DNA of 63,403 bases, counting the filler, from Reticulomyxa filosa (taxonomy: Eukaryota; Protista; Foraminifera), in NCBI GenBank assembly GCA_000512085.1. It is 19 parts of 19 records of this genome, joined end to end, with 100 filler letters (N's around TTAATTAATTAA, not from the genome) between each part and the next. Parts side by side here need not be neighbours in the genome. Positions count along the whole stretch, not along the records: positions 1 to 1,908 come from ASPP01033131.1; positions 2,009 to 5,756 come from ASPP01007405.1; positions 5,857 to 7,111 come from ASPP01047973.1; positions 7,212 to 11,827 come from ASPP01003324.1; 15 more parts are not named here. One strand, given 5' to 3'. The translations under genes and the position numbers were made by a program. Of this stretch, positions 1 to 11,827 are shown in pieces. Under the pieces are notes generated by a model. It ran no database searches and was not told the DNA's origin. It saw nothing but the letters and a program-made list of their open reading frames with translations. Each line of letters begins with the position of its first letter. Position 1 is the first letter of the stretch.

Positions 1-4
1 ACAC

Positions 5-1908
5 TTGAAAGATTTGATGAAAATGGTAAAAATATCGAATGAAAAATGTTTAAAAGATAAAAACGAGAAAGTATTGAAAAGTAGCAATGATCTGAAAAAA
101 GTATGGAGTGATCGATATGACGACAAGCAATCATGCTCCTTTGTGTTGAATGTTATTGAAAAAGAAGAAGAAAAAGAGACAGAAGAGGATAGCGACAACG
201 AAAAGAGGGTGAAGAAGAAGAAAACCAAAGGAAACACTGAAGAAGAAGATAGTAAAAGCGAAGACAATAATAAAAAAACGAACAAAAGCAAACGCAAGAA
301 ATCTGAAAGTGAAAACAGAGGGACAAACGACGATGACAGCAACAACGAAGATAAAAGCAAAAAAGTGTCTGGAAGTGACAGTGACAGTGACAGGTCAACT
401 AGAAACGAAGGAGCCAGTAAAAAAAGAAAAAGAAAAAAAGAAAAAGAAAGATATAGTGAAAGTGAAAGTGAAGATAACATTGATACGTACCAAAAAAAAA
501 ACAAAAAGGAGCCAGTCGATCCCGAGTGGGATAGAATATTCCCAATGGACGAGACGAAGGATCTAGAGCCACTGGCATTAACCAACAGCAATGAAGTGGA
601 ACAAATCGCAATGATAGGTAGCCTGAAAGTGAAAAAAGCTATCGAATGCATTCAAGTCCATAGTCGATTGGCGGTGTTTAAGGACGATTTCAAATATAAA
701 GACCAAGTGGATTCTGAAATCAAGACACATTGCCTGAATCTTCAACAAGCAACAGTTGGAATATTCAAGGCGTACGGCACAATACAAACTAATTTCTTAA
801 TTGCACAGAAGATTATCCAATGGAAACCACTGGAAATAGAGTCAGTCGAAGCAAAAGTGTTTTGGGAAGGCGTCATATGCGCTTGCAACGAAGTGGTCAC
901 TCAATTGATGAACATCATTCGATTAGAAGCAGGGCTTCAACATGCATTGGCCGGAGTGCGATTTGGCATAGTTGACTTTGTAGAACGCTGTTCGTATGGC
1001 GAAAGTGTTTCATTTGCAATTCAAGGATTAAATATTCAATTCAACAAATTTAAAGATTTTCAAAATAAGGTTTATCTGTTCATTGAAAAGACGGAAAAAG
1101 AAGTTGAAAAGTCAATAAGACAAGCTTTTGGCAATGGAGGGTCAAAAGAAGCGGAAGAAATCTCCAAGCAATTGCTCTACATATTAGAAAAACTGAAAAA
1201 AGCGAAAGAAAAGAAAAAAGAGTTTCGAAAAAAAGAAGAAGAAACATCCCAAAAAATCGAGGAAATAATGAAAAAGATTGGCGAAAAACAAGCTGACAAA
1301 CGTTCATGTGAAATCGAACTTTCCATTGCAAAAAACGACGTGGCTGCAAAAAAAAAACAACAGGAAAACAATAAAAGTATTATTTGCTTAAATAACGAGA
1401 TCGACACTTTGAACAAACAAAAATACGACCTTATCAAAAGAACCAATGAAGAAATGAAAGAGATTGAAAAAGAAATTGATGACATTATCCAAGAGAAAGA
1501 GAAACTTCAAGATAATTTGTTTGACATTCTAAAAAAAACAGGTCTGCGAAGTGCTGACGCCGCCAAAGCGTTCTTCCAAATGTACGATAAATTCCTACAA
1601 GGATTACTTGTTAATTATGCTGGTTTCGTCAATATTGCAAAAAATATCAATGCTTTAGAACAATGGCTGTCTCCTGAACTTAAATTAGATACTTTTTTGC
1701 GCTCTTTCGATTTGGGAGTATTAACCCAACCTTTGCAAAGTATTGGAATTAACAAAGCTATTCATTTATGCAGAAAAGGTGGCAATTTTAATAAAGATAT
1801 TCGTAGTCGTTTGCAAGCCATTGATGGTATTAACCCATTTGATATTGACTCGTTGGAAGATTTATGTGAAGATCTTACTATCGACCACATTAAAAAACAA
1901 CAAAAAAT
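5..1908 (+). CDS. Hypothetical protein, partial: K/E/S/D low-complexity N-terminus, helical middle and long coiled coil
   Basis: Uninterrupted reading frame of about 1.9 kb, open at the contig end, heptad-rich at aa ~385-510. No family motif recognised. Confidence 0.7.
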
Positions 1909-2008
1909 NNNNNNNNNNNNNNNNNNNNNNNNNNNNNNNNNNNNNNNNNNNNTTAATTAATTAANNNNNNNNNNNNNNNNNNNNNNNNNNNNNNNNNNNN
2001 NNNNNNNN
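1909..2008. other. Artificial contig spacer N44-TTAATTAATTAA-N44 (first of 18)
   Basis: The same 100-nt linker recurs at 5757, 7112, 11828, 13249, 14562, 16141, 17477, 20510, 21927, 23737, 28264, 29650, 45593, 49309, 56695, 59672 and 62060. The 12-mer places stops in all six frames. Confidence 0.98.
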
Positions 2009-2152
2009 TTTTTTTTTTTTTTTTTTTTTTTTTTGTAAAAAAAAAAAAAAAGTTCATGTTACATATATACGTATATATATAAATAAATAAATAAATATAT
2101 ATATATATATGTATATATACACATGTATATGTCAATATTTTTTTCGAGTCTA

Positions 2153-2941
2153 CTAAACAAACCTATGCATAACCAATAGCTTCAACGTTGTGAAGCCAGG
2201 ATTGGTACGTATAATCCATTCGTTCAGCATGTTGATGTCGGGGATCATTTGTGGCTTGGGTCGCAAAAATGGGTACGAAAGCACCGGCGCGATGACGATA
2301 GTGTCGCCATCATGATATTTGGGATTGACGTACATATCGTGTAGAATAATGGGGATGAGCTTGCATGTGTCATTCGTGCCGTGAGTTTGCATGTACGACT
2401 TCAATTTCAAAGGCTGGTTCCACAATAAGCTCCAATCATATGACGTTGGGCTCAATTCGTATTGTCCATAGATCCAACACAAAATAAGTGCAAACTCCAA
2501 TGGGTCACTGTCATCCACGTATATTTTTGGCCTCTTTGTTTTTGTTTGATATGATTGTTGTACCTCTGGCAATACCAATTCTTGTTTGGAAACTTGTTTT
2601 CGTAGTTCACGGAAAATCAAGTTCAACATGTGATGGCCTGTGCTCTCGAGACCCATTAAAAATAAAAAATATAACTGTTTCCAATCCCCTTGCTTTTCCA
2701 TGTTCATGGGTGCTGGACTAACGCTTTGAAAGCTTTCGTTGAAAATGTTGCTGATTTGACGCTTCTCAATTCTTTCCAAAACCTTGCCTTCTTGTTCCTT
2801 AAACGACATGTTTTGCTCAAACGAAAAGGCCAAACCGATGAACACGAGGATTATTGTCACCCCGCCGAGCAAAAACATTTTAAATATTTTATGAAACTCA
2901 CAAATATCTTCAATACTCCTATCCACTAACCCCGACTTCAT
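2153..2941 (-). CDS. Type II membrane sulfotransferase-like protein (3' part missing)
   Basis: N-terminal TM segment (FLLGGVTIILVFIGLAFSF), 5'-PSB-like loop FLMGLESTGHH and 3'-PB-like LKLLVMHR just before an intron and the contig end. Start codon uncertain. Confidence 0.55.
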   Translation of the reverse strand: MKSGLVDRSIEDICEFHKIFKMFLLGGVTIILVFIGLAFSFEQNMSFKEQEGKVLERIEKRQISNIFNESFQSVSPAPMNMEKQGDWKQLYFLFLMGLESTGHHMLNLIFRELRKQVSKQELVLPEVQQSYQTKTKRPKIYVDDSDPLEFALILCWIYGQYELSPTSYDWSLLWNQPLKLKSYMQTHGTNDTCKLIPIILHDMYVNPKYHDGDTIVIAPVLSYPFLRPKPQMIPDINMLNEWIIRTNPGFTTLKLLVMHRFV

Positions 2942-3910
2942 TTTTTTTTTAAAAAAAGTGGTCACCCTCTGGCGTCTTTTCTTGGCAAGTTTTAAAGGTG
3001 ACACTTGTTGGTAATCATATAATTTTAAAACAGTAATGAAATAAATATTTCAGTAGTTGAAACAGAATATAAATTACTAATGTTATGACTCATCTGGTAC
3101 AAAATGTGAAATAACAATAGATACAGTATATTAAAAGATTTCAAAACAAACTAATGATTCAACGTACCACAAGAAAAACAATACAAAGAGCAAAAGTTAG
3201 TAACCCAGACTGTTGAAATGTTTGTGATTAGCAAAGAATAGAACGGGTCTTGGAAACACTCGAATATAAGCACAAACTTAGTATGCTTATCTTTTAGTAA
3301 AGTATGGAAAAATATAAAAAAGTGTAAAAAATTAAAGACACATTCAAGTATTCAAATTTTAAATCTTAATTGTTAGCATCATTTAAAAGTGATCCCTTTA
3401 TCTATGTACAGTCCATTCTCTTGTAAGGAAGAATTTAAGTAATAGTCATTTAGGAACACGATGATACAAACAAAGATTAAGATATTATCACGACTCCATA
3501 ATTTTTGCTCTTTTTTTTGCGATATCCATAAAAATAATTTCATAGTATTCCAGGATCCAAAAAATGTAAAAATATGTTTGTTGTTGGGAGTTTTTAGATC
3601 ATTTAAAGAAACAGCGTATATCATAAACAAGCGTTTGGAGTGATTTTTCTTGTTCTACATTCTGAAGAAGTCATTTTATTGTATTATCACATTGAACATT
3701 ATAGTGCTCCAAAAAAAACTACCAAAATTTATTTTTTGAGAGTCACATGCTTACTTACAAACAAATTTGAAAGTATATTCAGTGTATGAGACAACAATAA
3801 ACAATTGTAAGAGTGAAGTTTTTTTTGAGCCAAATATCAAAACTTTCTCCATACAACTAACGTTTTGGGGGAAAAAAAAAAAGAAAAAAAAATAGTGAGC
3901 GATTGGAAGC

Positions 3911-4953
3911 CTAGGTATTAGGAAGCTCAACGGAGCTTATAGCAACTGATTGAAGAGTGTCCTGCCGATATGTCGAGGGTGTGTTAAACCCAAGGGCAGA
4001 AATGTGGTAATACAGTTTCCTACTGTTGACAAAGTAGCAGCACCGAGAGCAAGATCCGCAAAAGAAATAGTACAAGGGATCACCAAGTTTGAAGATGCAA
4101 CAAACGCAAATGCTATGAATGATGCAGTCCAAAGGGAGTAAATATGTCAATCCATTCCAAAGGGTCGCTCCAATGAATACAAACAGCCACACACTTATTG
4201 TCGTTACGAACGCTAACACAGTGGCTCGATTGGAAGCAGTGTACAAATAGAGTCCTTTTGCTATGGAAGATTGATCGTTTAGCATGGGTGCAATCTACCT
4301 TTTTTTTTTTTGGCAAAAAAAAAATATATTTTCAAAAAATAAAAAAATCAAAAAAAATCGACCTTTCTCATTCTTTGGAGAAATAACACTAACAAAATCG
4401 TAGTGTTCATAACATCGAAAATAGGGACAAGTGCGACGACAACTTCGGTGGTATGATTGATGCTTGCAGTGCAAAAATGGATATGATACTTTTTTGTTAC
4501 ATCTTCGGCGAGATCTGTGCTTTTTAGAAATAGCACGTCGAGTATAATGAAAGCAATGATTGTTACCGCTCGATAAAATCTCAACCATTTTACATTCACT
4601 GCATATACACTTTCTTGGAACACCTTTTCCAAGCGCAGGCTCAGCACTACGTATAGCGCTACTTTCGACAGCCCATAACAAGTCATATATACACCAAAAC
4701 TTAGATTGCAATTTCTTTTTGAATTTGCATGAAAATCAATTGGAAAGAAAATACTTGTTCGCCATGTCCAGGCGATAATACACAGCAGTAGTCCATTACC
4801 TATTGAAAATATCGAGGTCAAATGCATCACCGGAGAAAGATCAATGTTCTTCTTATTCCATGCGCGCACAAAAATAAAGAGCAACCACAGATGGACCAAT
4901 GTCCCAATTATCCCAGAGACTACTAACCCAAATATCGGCCAATCTTGTGCCAT
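3911..4953 (-). CDS. 7TM GPCR-like membrane protein, two exons
   Basis: ORFs 4348-5013 and 3911-4285 join in frame through a GT..AG intron at 4295-4362 (MRK|IAPML). About seven hydrophobic segments, Cys at the start of TM3 and in loop 2, Arg after TM3. Confidence 0.65.
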
Positions 4954-5859
4954 TATTGAACTTTTTTTAAAGAGTAATTTGGAGTATATTCTAGTTCCCT
5001 CAAAACACCGCATAGTAGCAAACTAATAACAAAAAAATTAATCCAAATACACAAACATTACCAAATATAGTTTTCCAAATTATTTGTTTAGCTTTTTGGC
5101 AGCATTTTTCCTAATCAAAGTGCCAAAAGAATACAGCAATTAAAAATTAAAAAATGATATTAACATACAATGTTACAAAAATGATAATTTTGATCTCGTA
5201 ACCCTATCAATATTCTGAGATTAACTTAAATTTTGAAAATCTTCGAAACGCAACAAATCATAAACTTAATATAAGCAATTGCGTAATTAGACTTAAAATG
5301 ACAACAAAAAAAAATCAAGTCATTTAAAATTCAAACAAGCGGTCAAGTAAGGTTTTGAGATAAAGTGTGAGCTAGCCCTAATCTCACTTACATATACATG
5401 ACTAGCATGTCTGTTATCTCAACATGCGGGATTAAAAGTGGAACTGGAGAAGCGCAGTCTAGAAATAAAAAACACTTGTAGTGATCGCGTACATAGGCCA
5501 GCAGCAACCAAGAGCACACTGATGATTATCAACTAAAAAACAAAACACTTTACAACATATTATATAATCTTTTTGGTTTAAGTTAAGCTAATTTTTATTT
5601 TTCGAATCTTTTTAAAATTTTTTATGCATTAGGAAGACAAAAGAGTAGTAAATGTTAGACCACAGTAGGACAAAGAAAAACATATAAATCACATACTAAA
5701 TGCGACCTTAAGATTGTAGGGCAAGCCCTTATCACACATGGCTGAACGCCTATGGANNNNNNNNNNNNNNNNNNNNNNNNNNNNNNNNNNNNNNNNNNNN
5801 TTAATTAATTAANNNNNNNNNNNNNNNNNNNNNNNNNNNNNNNNNNNNNNNNNNNNTTT

Positions 5860-5923
5860 TCATGTAGAAATACAATCATCTCTATAATGTGGCATTTTAG
5901 GTTTCAACTTTTTTTTTATCTTA
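5860..5923 (+). repeat. Dispersed repeat, near-identical copy at 16321-16384
   Basis: TCATGTAGAAA(T/C)ACAATCATCTCTATAA(T/G)GTGGCATTTTAGGTTTCAACTTT is shared. Both copies lie near contig starts. A more diverged relative lies at 59792-59847. Confidence 0.85.
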
Positions 5924-5930
5924 CTATATT

Positions 5931-7111
5931 TTATATTAAAAATGAAAATGACAAAACTGAAACACAAGACTCCAATAAAGTATGAGCCAATTTCAAGTGA
6001 GTGTCTCGAGATTGGATTAAACGTAATTCATCAGTGGAGAGTCGTGCCTCTGCCTTGGAGCTGTCTTTCTCGCGAAGAGTACTATGAAAATAGCCCAAAG
6101 CCAACAGGCCGGGCATAAAGCAGCTCAGCTCTTCCATCCGTCCACGAAAACGTCCAAACCAAAGCTCGCCATAAAAGAGGAACTTGCGATTGTCACGTTT
6201 TGCGTCTACGACCAGACGCAACAAGTGTCGATTGAGATTGTCAATGCTATCTAAATACATATGCAATCCATCTTTATATTCGTAATCGGTGACAATCCAT
6301 GTTTTTAAAAGATACTCATAAAAAGAATCAGACATTGCTCCAATGGAATAAACTTGTTCATTGCTTGCAAATTGCGCTGTATCAGTTTCAATTAGACGTC
6401 CATACAATCCGAATGGCTTTTCCATTTGTGCCAATAAATCATACACTTGTTTGGACTTGTGATAATATATTGCATTCGATGTCAAATGTGCCAATGTGAA
6501 CAATTCCATTTGATTACTGCCGACTTCGGCCAGTACGCTTCGATCCTTTGTCCATCCGTAGTTCTTAAGTTCGCCATTGGCCAAGTTCACCAATGACTTT
6601 GGAATACCCTTGGTCGTCGCGAATGCAGGCAGCAAGCGATCGGCCAATTCAATCGCCTTGTTCAAATACAACGTGTCAGGCTTGTTCAATGCCAATGACA
6701 TCTCATATGCGCCGATCAGTCCGCCCAAATGACGAATCGTAGTTTCGAAAAATGACACTTGTAAGTCAATATTGAAATTTATCTTTTCCAAGTTGCGTCG
6801 AGCCTGCTCCAATTCTTCATTCAAGCCCATCAACATCAATGTGTCCAATGCGTCGATCAGCGTCGCACCCAATCCACCCCACGAGTCACCTGGCTTTTTT
6901 GTTTTTATTTAAAAGCAGAGGAATTTTTTTTTTTTTTTTAAAAAAAAAAGTAAATATATGTTACCAAAACACGGATGTCCTGTCCAATGGCCTTCTTTGC
7001 ATATCCATGCCATGCATTTGCAAATGCCATTTTAATTTCGTGTGCCTTTTCGGATAGCACGTGCGCAATGGCTTCGTTATTGTTATTGTTGTTGTTGTTG
7101 TTGTTGTTGTT
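5931..7111 (-). CDS. Class I alpha-1,2-mannosidase (GH47), partial, with intron
   Basis: Motifs GATLIDALDTL, VSFFETTIRHLGGLIGAY, LADRLLPAF, GAMSDSFYEYLLK and MEELSCFMPGLLALG. The upstream exon reads AFANAWHGYAKKAIGQD. Confidence 0.95.
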
Positions 7112-7211
7112 NNNNNNNNNNNNNNNNNNNNNNNNNNNNNNNNNNNNNNNNNNNNTTAATTAATTAANNNNNNNNNNNNNNNNNNNNNNNNNNNNNNNNN
7201 NNNNNNNNNNN

Positions 7212-8026
7212 AAATCCATCTAATAATAATAACAATCCATTCATTGAATTAATAACGCATTTGGTGTCATTTAAATTCCATTGTGGAATATGTAATCCAT
7301 TCATAATCACTGACCATAAGTATTCAATATCACAATTACTTTCATCTTTCTTTTGATCATCACTATTGTCATTAATTTGATGAAAAATATTGATAATTTT
7401 TCTCAAAGGGATGTGCAATAGATACTGAAATTGATCCCACATTTGACCATTTCCCCACAAATATGCAATTCTTTGAGACAATACACTTTTTCCACTTCCT
7501 GCTTCTCCTCGAATACTAATGTGACATATTTTTGCTTCTGTTTGTTTATCATTCCAAATATCTTGCAATTCGATAGTTTCGGTTTGATTTCCATAGATTA
7601 ATGAATAATTTAATAAATTTATCCATTTTCCATTTTCTTCTTTATATTTTTCATTTTCCTCACTTTTTCCTTTTCTTCATTGTTGATCATTTTATCTTTT
7701 TGTTGTTGGAATTGTTGTTGAGTCAAAAGAGCCAACCGAATGTAGCAAGTATTAATGGATTGTTCAGGATCATCAAATAATGGAGCCAACTTGTCTTGTG
7801 ATTGGTAATATTGCTTTAATTTTTCTTTCGTTGCATTCATCTCTTCATTTTCATTATCTTTTTTTGCTTGTGAAGTTTTATTTGTATAAATGTTTTCATT
7901 TGTTTTATTTTTTTCTTTTAGTATTGAAGTTTCATGTACTAGAATCCTTTCAGCTGTTTCTTTTTTTCTGTTTTGTTTTGCTCTTCGAGCATCAGCAATA
8001 GTTTTTATTACTACCACTCTGTCCAT
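7212..8026 (-). CDS. NACHT-type STAND NTPase, 5' part, with one frameshift
   Basis: Walker A GEAGSGKS, Walker B LLLLDGF at the contig end, pre-NACHT motif CYIRLALL. ORFs 7619-8026 and 7164-7568 join through a 1-nt shift in the A-run near 7662-7670, giving ...EENGKWINLLNYSLIYGNQTETIELQDIW. Confidence 0.88.
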
Positions 8027-9302
8027 GTTTTAACTTTTTCCACTTGGTGATTGTGACAAAATTAAGATGTAGGGGTTTTTACAATTTTTAGAGTTTTTTC
8101 AACTGAAAAATTTATCAGTTGGATTTTTACGTGACTTTGTTATTTTGAACTGATGTTTCCACCTGAAAATTTATTCCAATTCATATCTGCAAACAGTAGA
8201 TTATTCGAAGAAAAGTATATGTGAAAAATATAGCAATTATGTTTTTCCCCTTAATTTTAAATTATAAATGCTTCTAGCTGAAAAGAATTACTTTTTATTC
8301 AATTGAGACCTAATTTCATGTTTGCACCTTTTTTTGTAATCGAGTTTCGAAACGAGACTTACAGCAACAGCACAAACTCAAAACAAAAAACGAAGTGTTT
8401 GCTTACATAAAATGCATACAATCTCAGACGTTCAAATGCTTACATTTTTATATGTTCAATATAAAATCTTAATTGTTATGAAACAGTAACATTCATTTCC
8501 CTTTTTATTTTGGTCATCTCTTTTATTCCATTTCAGATTTGAATACAAATCAGGAAAATTTATACTACATCGTCGATTGAATCTGTATGCCCTTCACAAA
8601 AAACGACCTTAAATGATAGTCCTACTGGAACGCGTAAGTAGATGGCAAGTGCATTTGAAAGTGCTTAGAGGTATCTTTTTAAGAAGGTTTCACATCTTGT
8701 TTACTTGTCACAAATCAAAGGGCGTCCAATCAATTTTTTTGAGCTGACCTCTTTTCTTACCAATCAAAAAAAAAATAGCGCAAAACAATTGTAATGTGCA
8801 TAATACACAAACACATAGACAGATATTGAAATGGTGGCACAGGTATTTCGATTTCTCCAAATTTCCAAAAAAAATAAAGATGAACATTTTTGCATGCTTA
8901 GTAGCCACGAATACACTTGGCTTGTTCTTGTTAAGAAGCGTTGATCATTCACTGATTCTGCTTTTTTCATATTTGTTTTTTTGATTGGGGATTATTCTCT
9001 TTTTTTTACCTGTAACTTTAAGAGAGAAGGCGTGATTAGCTTGACAAGAATTGCAATGAGAAAACTAACTTTTTATCTGCATTTGGCTATGGTAAATGTC
9101 ATAAAACAAAGTACAACAAATTATATTTTCCCAATCAACTCGGCATTTCTACAAATCGTTTGCCACAGCTTTTTTGTTTTTATCTTAAAGTGGCTTTATT
9201 GCTCATTTGGTGTCCTTCCGTTTCGTTGTGTCCAGTATGAGTGGAGAGGGGCAAACGGAGGAGAAAATATTGAGTGAAGAACGTTGGTTATTCGACAGCA
9301 GC

Positions 9303-10940
9303 ATGAAATCTTCGTTTGTGTTAGTGATACTACACGTATTAAATGCATTCTTGGTGGTACCAAGTGCAAATAATGTTAATACCAGTAGTCCAAGTGGGAA
9401 CGTGACGAGCGGACAAATTTTTGAATCTTACTACAACACGAGCACATCGATAATATTATGGAATAAGTTGGTCAGCTGCATGTGGAAATTGACAACATCG
9501 AAATGTGTGCAACATCTACAATTTAACGACTCGGCAAGAGTATCGGCTGTGCAAATTTTCGACAATGAGTTGGTGCCATTATGAAACGATAGTATACGTA
9601 TGCACCAAAGCACGCCGATGATTACCACCAACCAGTCCAAGAAAAGTTTATGTGGCAAAACGCTGGCCATAAATATGCTTCCATCCATATCAAGTATCTC
9701 ATCAATATCGTGCACATTAACATTCAAAGCATTGATATACAGGTAACTAACAGTGATTGAAAGATTAAATGGAAAAAAAAATATGTTCATGAGCTTTCTT
9801 ATAGCAAGAAATAGTAATTGAGATCGGGTGATTGTGTATGTCAATGGTCTGATTTTAAAAAAATTTTTTAAAAACAAAAACGATAGTGTATTAGCGAATG
9901 GCGAAGTAGAGTTGATAATCGGCACGCCACAGTCGAACGAAGATTGCAAATTATATCAACAGCCAGAAGCGAGTATCCATTTCAAACATTATTTGCGACC
10001 AACTATTTCACGTGAAATGTCTCTGCGCACACAAAACTCAACTACAAATATTATCGATTGTCGTGGCAAACTTGTCTTTCAACGTATCGCTGTCAAATCC
10101 AAGCGAACTCCAATCTCAAACACGCACAAAGTCCAATGTCGCATCCAAATGCTTGCTATGCAGTGTTATCCAAGACTGCAATGTTAAGTTTTTTGCTTCC
10201 TTTTTTTCTTTTTTTTTGAAAAAAATAACAAACAAAAAATTTGTATAGATCATACGATAAAGTAGATACAAAAGTATGTGCGATTATGCGATGTTGTTGC
10301 TAAGTGGAACATTGGCAGATGACGATGGATACTTTGACACATTGATTGACAAGCTGAAACTGCTTGCACAAAGTGTGGCGGAAAGTGCGTCGTTATCGCC
10401 AAATTGCACAGGCCATGCCTTTAATATGATTGATGCGCTATCGGCGCAAATAAAATGAATATGGCATAACGTATCTGCAAGTCAGTCGTGATGCATATCA
10501 TCTTTTTTTGCAAAGAAGTGCTCCTTTCGTAAAGGTGGCCTCCAATTACACTTACGCAGCCAACACAATATTCACACTCATGTACACAAACAAACTCGCA
10601 TTACAAATGTCATCATTTCCACACATTGCCACTACTAATATCCAAACATTGACATCGATAACATTATCAAAAAAGCTCCGTTAGTAACACACAAAGTTCA
10701 AGTGGATATCTAATTAAAAATGTCCGCTGTATCATATGATATTACCAAGTTATCTTTGTCTTTTTTTATGTTGTCGCAATATTATACATTTTTTTATTGT
10801 GGCTTGTGTGCAGGGAGCTCAAAGATTGAACAGCGCGGCGCAAATGGTTGTAGTAATTGGCAAAGAGCAAATGGCAATTCATTTACTGTTGTGGCACTAA
10901 ATGCGAGTGGTGCATTGCAAGACCGGGCACTAGATAAGGT
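9303..10940 (+). pseudogene. Decayed multi-exon gene fragment for a secreted or surface-type protein
   Basis: Signal-peptide-like MKSSFVLVILHVLNAFLVV, in-frame TGA at 9582-9584 with coding-like sequence continuing, further stops near 10456-10490, GT..AG introns. Confidence 0.45.
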
Positions 10941-11036
10941 AACATCTTTTTTTTGTCAATGTTTAACTTATAACTATGTATGCATATATGTTTGTTTCAA
11001 TAGAATCACATAATGTATTAAAAAAAAAAAGAATAT

Positions 11037-11827
11037 GGGGTAGAAACCACCCCGTCTCCGAAAGGAGAATAACAGGTTCGTTTTATTATCCTTTTTTTTG
11101 ATATGTTCAAATGCTTTGTGCTTTGTAATATAGGTTCCCCGTCAAGTAAAGATTGTTCAATTAGTTTCCCCTCCACACAGACACAAAAAAAATAAATTAA
11201 AAAAAAATGGGGTTGAAATCCACACTGTCTCCTAAAGGAGTAATATAGGTTTGTGTATGTTTATGTTTATATATATAATCTTTTTTTACATAACGTGTTG
11301 TATTTGTAAAGCAATAGGAGTTCCCCCTTAAAGAAAAAATAGTATATATACATATCTTTATTTATTCACCAATTCTCCCAAAAAAACAAAAAAAATTTGA
11401 AGTGTTTACAACAGGAAAGAGAAGAAAATTGAAATTGATTTTGGATCCAGTTATTAGTATATATTTGTTTGTTTTTAAAAAACTAGGAAATGATACCTTG
11501 TTTTTGTGTGTATAGATGGCCGGTGCACCAAAAAACGCTCGAATGTATGTTATTTTCTTAAAATAGATTTGAGTGAGGGGGATATAATAATGTGGGATTT
11601 TTAAAAAATGTAGTAATAAAAAAGAGAATAATAAATAAAAAAAAAGAACATGAAATGATTAAGAAGGAGGAAGAAAAAAAAAAGATTATAATAAAAAAGA
11701 AAATAATAGAAAAAACGAAAAAAAATTTATGATGAAAAAAATAAAAAATGAAAAATAAAAATGAATGAAAAAGAATGTAAAAAAAAAGAAAATAAAAATA
11801 AATGAAAAAAAAGAATGGAAAAAAAAA
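11037..11827 (+). repeat. Micro-exon cassette with two CTCC-NAAA-GGAG units and an A-rich tail
   Basis: Collinear homologue on the minus strand at about 46140-46897. Single unit at 14430-14472. Confidence 0.75.

Noticed and set aside
1953-1964. Recurrent TTAATTAATTAA palindrome, a possible repeat array or CRISPR-like signal
   Set aside because: It is always centred in exactly 44+44 Ns, so it is an artificial concatenation linker.
7660-7672. Programmed frameshifting in the NACHT gene (also near 59490)
   Set aside because: The shifts fall in short A-runs. Homopolymer sequencing error or pseudogenisation is more parsimonious.
9582-9584. In-frame TGA here and at 49769 suggesting stop-codon reassignment or selenocysteine
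   Set aside because: Both loci also have frameshifts or other stops, the MCM3 TGA replaces a conserved Gly, and intact genes in the window end in TGA.
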